In this document: in pieces, positions 59,484-64,000 of the stretch
Position numbering within the stretch: position 1 is the stretch's first letter
How the letters are laid out: every line of letters begins with the position of its first letter
Source of the DNA: Nitrosopumilaceae archaeon
GTDB lineage: Archaea > Thermoproteota > Nitrososphaeria > Nitrososphaerales > Nitrosopumilaceae
DNA: 64,000 bases
Reading direction: 5' to 3'
NCBI GenBank assembly: GCA_965207375.1
Contig: OZ242274.1
Location: 1,088,001 to 1,152,000, forward strand
The notes under the pieces: model-generated
Told to the model about the DNA's origin: nothing
What the model saw: only the letters and a program-made list of their open reading frames with translations
Databases searched by the model: none
Translations under genes and position numbers: made by a program

Positions 59484-62024
59484 CTAATTCCAGAAAAACT
59501 GATCTAGGCCAGTTTGCTTTGGTTTTCCCAGCATTACATCAAAGTCTAAATCCATAGATGACGTAATCTGATCAAGTGTTGACTCCATAAATTCAAGATA
59601 TTTTTTTGGATCAATTTCGGTCTGCTTTGCCAATTCGATTGGTTTTACACCCTGCTTGTTTCGTGTCTTGATATATGAAATAATATCTCCTTTTTTGATC
59701 TCTCTTGTAGATCCTAACATTTTTGCAGCCCTTATGTGTTGAGGAACCGTTTTTACATATTCTGATGGGGCCTTGCTTATCATTACATTATATGCCAAAT
59801 CTTCTATTGGGATTTGTGTGTCTTGTACCTTTTTGGCACAATCTGAAATTTTAACACTGATTTGTTTTTTTGCATTTTCAAAATCTTTAATGTTTTGAAC
59901 CTCTGCAAGTACATCAAGCAGCTCATAAAACAGATTTTTAATAAATTTGGGAGTATGTGATTTTTTCCCCGTCAATCCCTTTACGTCTACCTTGCCTGAT
60001 TTTGTAACTCCCAGATAGTTCTTTTTTCTATTGCTTAATACCACGTATCTGTACTCTTTGTCAATCTCAAGATCTACTTTGTGATCGTTTTTAGCTTGTT
60101 CAATTACTAAATCAATCTGTGCCTGTGTTGGGTTTTTGATAAATAGTGAATCTGTATCTCCGTACAGTACCTCTATACCTGCTGTATCGCACTTTTTTAT
60201 GGTTTCTAAAATTGTATGTCTTCCGATTGCAGTGGTGGCTTCTGCTGCAGGCAAAAAGTATAGTGGGAATATTTCTGCACCCATCACGCCATAGCTTGCA
60301 TTTAAAATGACCTTAAGTGCCTGGCTGACTACTGTATATTGTTGCCTTTGCTCATCTGTGATATTTTGTTTTTTTGAGAGGCTCTTGTAATAGTTTACCC
60401 TCAAATCACGAAGCGAACCTATTAGCATGGCAGTCATGCCGTTTCTCTTTGTGCATACCCAGTGATTGGTTTGTGGTATTGTGCTTGTTTGACATTCTTT
60501 GTGTGGACATCGTACCGTTTCATATGAGAGATTTCTGACCTTGATGATACTAGGATACAGGCTTGCAAAGTCCATCACGGTGACATTGAAGTGAATGCCT
60601 TCCTTGGGATCTATAACTAACCCTCCACGGTATTTTTTATCTTTGATGACTGCATTTGAGGAGGCAGTTGTGAAATGCTTTTGCAACTCCTCTCGTTTTG
60701 GAATGAGTGCATTTCTTTGACGGTGTTCATAGTATAGCAGGCTTTTAATCCATTGTGAAACGCCTAGTCTTGCAATATCATCAATTGGCATTCTTGCAAT
60801 CCTTGCAATTACAATTAACAGGTCCATTAACAGATTATTGTTAAAACTTGTCAGTTCATAAGTAAGCAATGCATCATTGTAACAATAATTTGCAGTCTGG
60901 TACAGCGTTTGATCATTGAACGCTACGCCATAGTCTATCTTTTGCTTTCCTAGTAGTGCCTTTGAGACGCTGTTTAATGAAAAATCAGTATATTTGTGGC
61001 TAAACGCATAGATTTGAAACGAGCGATTTGATAACGTCCTGTACAAATCAATGTGAACACCATGTTTTAGCGTTGCAGAGTCTCTCATCATGTATAATGG
61101 ATTGTCCTGATTTTGTATTCCTAGCCGCTCTGCACGATTATACAGGTATGGTAGATCAAATTCGTCGCCGTTATAGGTTAAAACAAATGCAAATTCCTCC
61201 AACAACTTGAATGCATCAAGAATCATCTGTTTTTCATTTTCTTGCTCGTAGAATTTTGGTTCAAAATCCAAGTCGTTGGTGCCAAGCTGCGTTTCTTTTT
61301 TCTTTAAGATAAAAATCTCCCTAAATCCATCTGTGCCTGAGAATCCAATTGCCGTAATTCTTTTTTCTGCAAGTTTTGGATCAGGAATACGGTCGATTTC
61401 TGCCTCAATCTCAATGTCTACGCTTACCCTCCTCATTTTCGGAATTGGTTGGTTTAGCAAGTCAGCCCAATCAGAAATGTATTCTTCAAACTGTTTAGAG
61501 TCTATCATTTTTTCATCTGATATATTCTCCCAGAGTAAAGTATTGAGGGCGTCTTTGATCTGTTGTGGGATTTCCAAATCATGTGGTACTACTTTTGAAT
61601 CTTTTATTTCATAATATTTTCCTATAATTAATGATCTGTCGTACAAATAATTTTCATAATATTTGATATCAGACTCCCATGTTTCAATCACATTTCTCAG
61701 GCTCTTATCCGTTGTCGTACCTCCTATTGCCAACGGATCTTCTACTGTTATTTTTGACAAGGATACTTGCTCGTCTTTTAAAAGATCATTTCGCTTGACA
61801 TCTTCTATTTTTATCACGTCCTTTCTGTCTGCAATAAATCCCAATTCGTCTGGATTTAATCTTGAATAGCAGTATGGTTTGTGACCAATCTCGTCTTGCC
61901 ACAGGATGATTTTTTGTGTTTTTGGTTCGTAAAATTTAAGAACTACCGATTTTTTTTTGTTGTCATATGTTGCAGACACCAGCATAGATGGTGGAAGCTG
62001 TTTGATCTGTGTTTGTTGTGTCAT
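59484..62024 (-). CDS. polB: DNA polymerase family B (PolB1)
   Basis: VDIE, YNGDEFD, DFASLYPS, KVILNASYG and YGDTDS motifs. Confidence 0.96.
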   Translation of the reverse strand: MTQQTQIKQLPPSMLVSATYDNKKKSVVLKFYEPKTQKIILWQDEIGHKPYCYSRLNPDELGFIADRKDVIKIEDVKRNDLLKDEQVSLSKITVEDPLAIGGTTTDKSLRNVIETWESDIKYYENYLYDRSLIIGKYYEIKDSKVVPHDLEIPQQIKDALNTLLWENISDEKMIDSKQFEEYISDWADLLNQPIPKMRRVSVDIEIEAEIDRIPDPKLAEKRITAIGFSGTDGFREIFILKKKETQLGTNDLDFEPKFYEQENEKQMILDAFKLLEEFAFVLTYNGDEFDLPYLYNRAERLGIQNQDNPLYMMRDSATLKHGVHIDLYRTLSNRSFQIYAFSHKYTDFSLNSVSKALLGKQKIDYGVAFNDQTLYQTANYCYNDALLTYELTSFNNNLLMDLLIVIARIARMPIDDIARLGVSQWIKSLLYYEHRQRNALIPKREELQKHFTTASSNAVIKDKKYRGGLVIDPKEGIHFNVTVMDFASLYPSIIKVRNLSYETVRCPHKECQTSTIPQTNHWVCTKRNGMTAMLIGSLRDLRVNYYKSLSKKQNITDEQRQQYTVVSQALKVILNASYGVMGAEIFPLYFLPAAEATTAIGRHTILETIKKCDTAGIEVLYGDTDSLFIKNPTQAQIDLVIEQAKNDHKVDLEIDKEYRYVVLSNRKKNYLGVTKSGKVDVKGLTGKKSHTPKFIKNLFYELLDVLAEVQNIKDFENAKKQISVKISDCAKKVQDTQIPIEDLAYNVMISKAPSEYVKTVPQHIRAAKMLGSTREIKKGDIISYIKTRNKQGVKPIELAKQTEIDPKKYLEFMESTLDQITSSMDLDFDVMLGKPKQTGLDQFFWN

Positions 62025-62026
62025 GG

Positions 62027-62557
62027 TTAGTTTGTATAGTCACCGGTTAACTGCTTTGCCCATCTTTGGATTTTATCTTTTTGTAGCGTAATTACTTTTA
62101 TTTGAGCCTGTTTTAATAAATCATAATCTGTTTCAGGATAAGAGTCAAGACAAATTATTTTTTTAATACCAATTGTAATTGCCATTTTTGTACATTCCAA
62201 ACATGGCACAAATGTGGTGTACAATATGGCACCCTTGACTCCTGCCTCTATTCCTAGTATGGCACAATGCATGATTGCGTTTGCTTCTGCATGAGTGCAA
62301 AGGCATCTATCTAGTGATTGACCTGGTTCAATTTTTCCATCCATTCTTAACTGGCATCGTTTACAGCCTCCTTCAAAACAGTTTTTTATGCCCGGAGGTG
62401 TTCCGTTGTATCCTGTAGCTATTTGGCGATTGTTTCTGACAATTACTGCACCAACCTTTCTTGTTATGCAGTTTGAGCGAAGCTTTGCAAGCTCTGCTTG
62501 AAGCATAAAATATTCATCCCAATTTGGTCTATCAAAAGTCATACACACACTTGCCAT
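62027..62557 (-). CDS. dCMP deaminase family protein
   Basis: TGYNG, HAEANA and PCLEC motifs. Confidence 0.92.
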   Translation of the reverse strand: MASVCMTFDRPNWDEYFMLQAELAKLRSNCITRKVGAVIVRNNRQIATGYNGTPPGIKNCFEGGCKRCQLRMDGKIEPGQSLDRCLCTHAEANAIMHCAILGIEAGVKGAILYTTFVPCLECTKMAITIGIKKIICLDSYPETDYDLLKQAQIKVITLQKDKIQRWAKQLTGDYTN

Positions 62558-62601
62558 TGCTGCAATATATGAATTTGAATCAAAAAGATCATCTAAAATT
62601 A

Positions 62602-62691
62602 TTATGAATATACTGAATAGAATCCCCAGATGATACCCAAAGCCATTATTCCAATCAGCGAATAACCAAGTGCCTTAAAGTCACTATTCAT
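62602..62691 (-). CDS. Possible single-TM micropeptide (29 aa)
   Basis: MNSDFKALGYSLIGIMALGIIWGFYSVYS, co-oriented upstream of the deaminase gene. Confidence 0.4.
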   Translation of the reverse strand: MNSDFKALGYSLIGIMALGIIWGFYSVYS

Positions 62692-62978
62692 ATTTTCCAA
62701 ATTAAATTACTCCTTATTTAATATTCAGTGCACTTCAGATTGTAGCGTAACTCAAATTTTAGACACAAATTTATCACACTTTTAACTAGTTTAGAGAGTT
62801 ACGTGATTATACGTACATTTGGAATTAGGCCTGTTTTGATGTTCTCTAGTTGAGACTTGGGATTTTCAGACCCATCAGACATCTATCTTTTTGAATTCAA
62901 AATTGACAAATAATTGAGCACAAGCTTGTTTTGTTGTATACTAAAAGAATAATATCAAACCATACAAGAAATATTTGA

Positions 62979-64000
62979 TTGGAATATTTTGAAAATAAAT
63001 TTGTCAGACAAAATGCCATCGAAAAAAGAGATTATCAAACAAGTTTGGCAAAGCAGGCAATTGCAGAAAACTGCATAATAGTCCTGCCTACAGGATTGGG
63101 AAAAACAACTGTGGCCTTGCAGGTAATTTGTGACTGTTTGCAAAAAGGAACCGGAGGAATTTTGTTTCTTGCCCCTACTAAAGTCCTAGTTAATCAACAC
63201 TATGAATTTTTAAAAAAAAATATTCTGCTTGATGATATTGGTATAATCACAGGAGATGATGCGATTTTAAAACGCAAAAAGCTCTGGAGCAACAGCATTA
63301 TTTGTGCCACCCCTGAAGTTACTAGAAATGATCTAATTCGTAAAATAGTAGAACCGAGGCAGTTTTCTTTGGTGATTTTTGATGAGGCACACAGGACAAT
63401 AGGTGATTATGCATATTCTGGAATTGCTCAAAGTTTTGCCGATTGTAATGCTAGAATTATTGGAATGACTGCTACTTTACCTAGTGAGAAAGAAAAGGCC
63501 ACTGAAATTTTAATGACGTTGCGTATTGCAAGTGTTGCCCAAAGAACAGAGAACAGCCAAGATGTAAAACCATATGTACAAGAAACAGACACTCACTGGA
63601 TCAAAGTAAAACTCCCAGACGAACTAAGGTCAATCCAAACTTTGATCAAATTAGCATTAAATGAAAGATACGACACGCTACAAAAAAACGGAATTGACAC
63701 TAGTCAAAAATCATTGTCTGCATTGTTGCGCGCCAGACCGTTTGTTCTAACTCAGAATAGAAGATCTGCCAAACCTCTCTTTACTGCAATACGAATTCAT
63801 TATGCATTAAACATGCTAGAGGCTCACGGAATTACATCCTTTCTCAAATTTTGTGAAAGGGCCAAGGCAAAAAAGGGAGCAGGAGTCAAAGAGTTATTTG
63901 AGGTAGATCCAAATTTCACCCGTGCAATTCAATTGGCCCGTGCGGCACAACAGAGAGGAGTTGAGCATTCCAAAATTCCCAAACTTCGGGAAATTTTGAA
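62979..64000 (+). CDS. Hef/FANCM-like DEAH helicase (3' truncated by window edge)
   Basis: Read by hand: RDYQ, LPTGLGKT, LAPTK, FDEAHR and GMTAT motifs. Confidence 0.9.
   Translation, partial: MEYFENKFVRQNAIEKRDYQTSLAKQAIAENCIIVLPTGLGKTTVALQVICDCLQKGTGGILFLAPTKVLVNQHYEFLKKNILLDDIGIITGDDAILKRKKLWSNSIICATPEVTRNDLIRKIVEPRQFSLVIFDEAHRTIGDYAYSGIAQSFADCNARIIGMTATLPSEKEKATEILMTLRIASVAQRTENSQDVKPYVQETDTHWIKVKLPDELRSIQTLIKLALNERYDTLQKNGIDTSQKSLSALLRARPFVLTQNRRSAKPLFTAIRIHYALNMLEAHGITSFLKFCERAKAKKGAGVKELFEVDPNFTRAIQLARAAQQRGVEHSKIPKLREIL

Noticed and set aside
476-63143. Numerous short antisense or overlapping ORFs in the track (e.g. 1369-1728, 9709-10170, 19990-20445, 46404-46841, 55243-55674)
   Set aside because: They are shadows of well-supported genes on the other strand or frame and show no motifs.

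Overview
Chromosomal window from an ammonia-oxidising archaeon (Thaumarchaeota/Nitrososphaerota, Nitrosopumilaceae-like). The assignment rests on archaeal ThrRS, S26e, aRF1, EF-1alpha/S10/Rpo12, PolB, ATP ligase, FBP aldolase/phosphatase and Hef, plus a typical thaumarchaeal 'VPSWIKNTAKFW' domain. The core genes are thrS, speB, pyrG, NAD kinase, trpEGDCBA, ilvD, cbtBA, phnDCE, endA, lig, tuf, rpsJ, ahcY, metG, ppdK, tpiA and polB. Accessory DNA is scattered among them: an IS630 with an adjacent deletion, a complete IS66 nested in an older copy of itself, a second IS66 stub, a 100-bp MITE family, HicAB and RelE-type toxin-antitoxin modules, and nonsense-interrupted genes. This pattern suggests a host-associated (possibly sponge) lineage, which is inference only. 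The most notable system is a family of secreted surface proteins with two full copies (3913-5922, 20643-22778) and one 3' remnant (2459-2596). The two full copies have near-identical framework strands with hypervariable loops, a Calx-beta-like domain, three copies of an uncharacterised helical repeat, variable polyQ/VEPTP stalks and a poly-C tract of differing length (C10 vs C9) between TATA box and start codon. All three share a mosaic downstream element. Together these features point to a candidate archaeal phase/antigenic-variation system. A two-domain SDR resembling Chloroflexus malonyl-CoA reductase and a bacterial-type RlmN are also notable. No rRNA, tRNA, cas or reverse transcriptase genes were seen.
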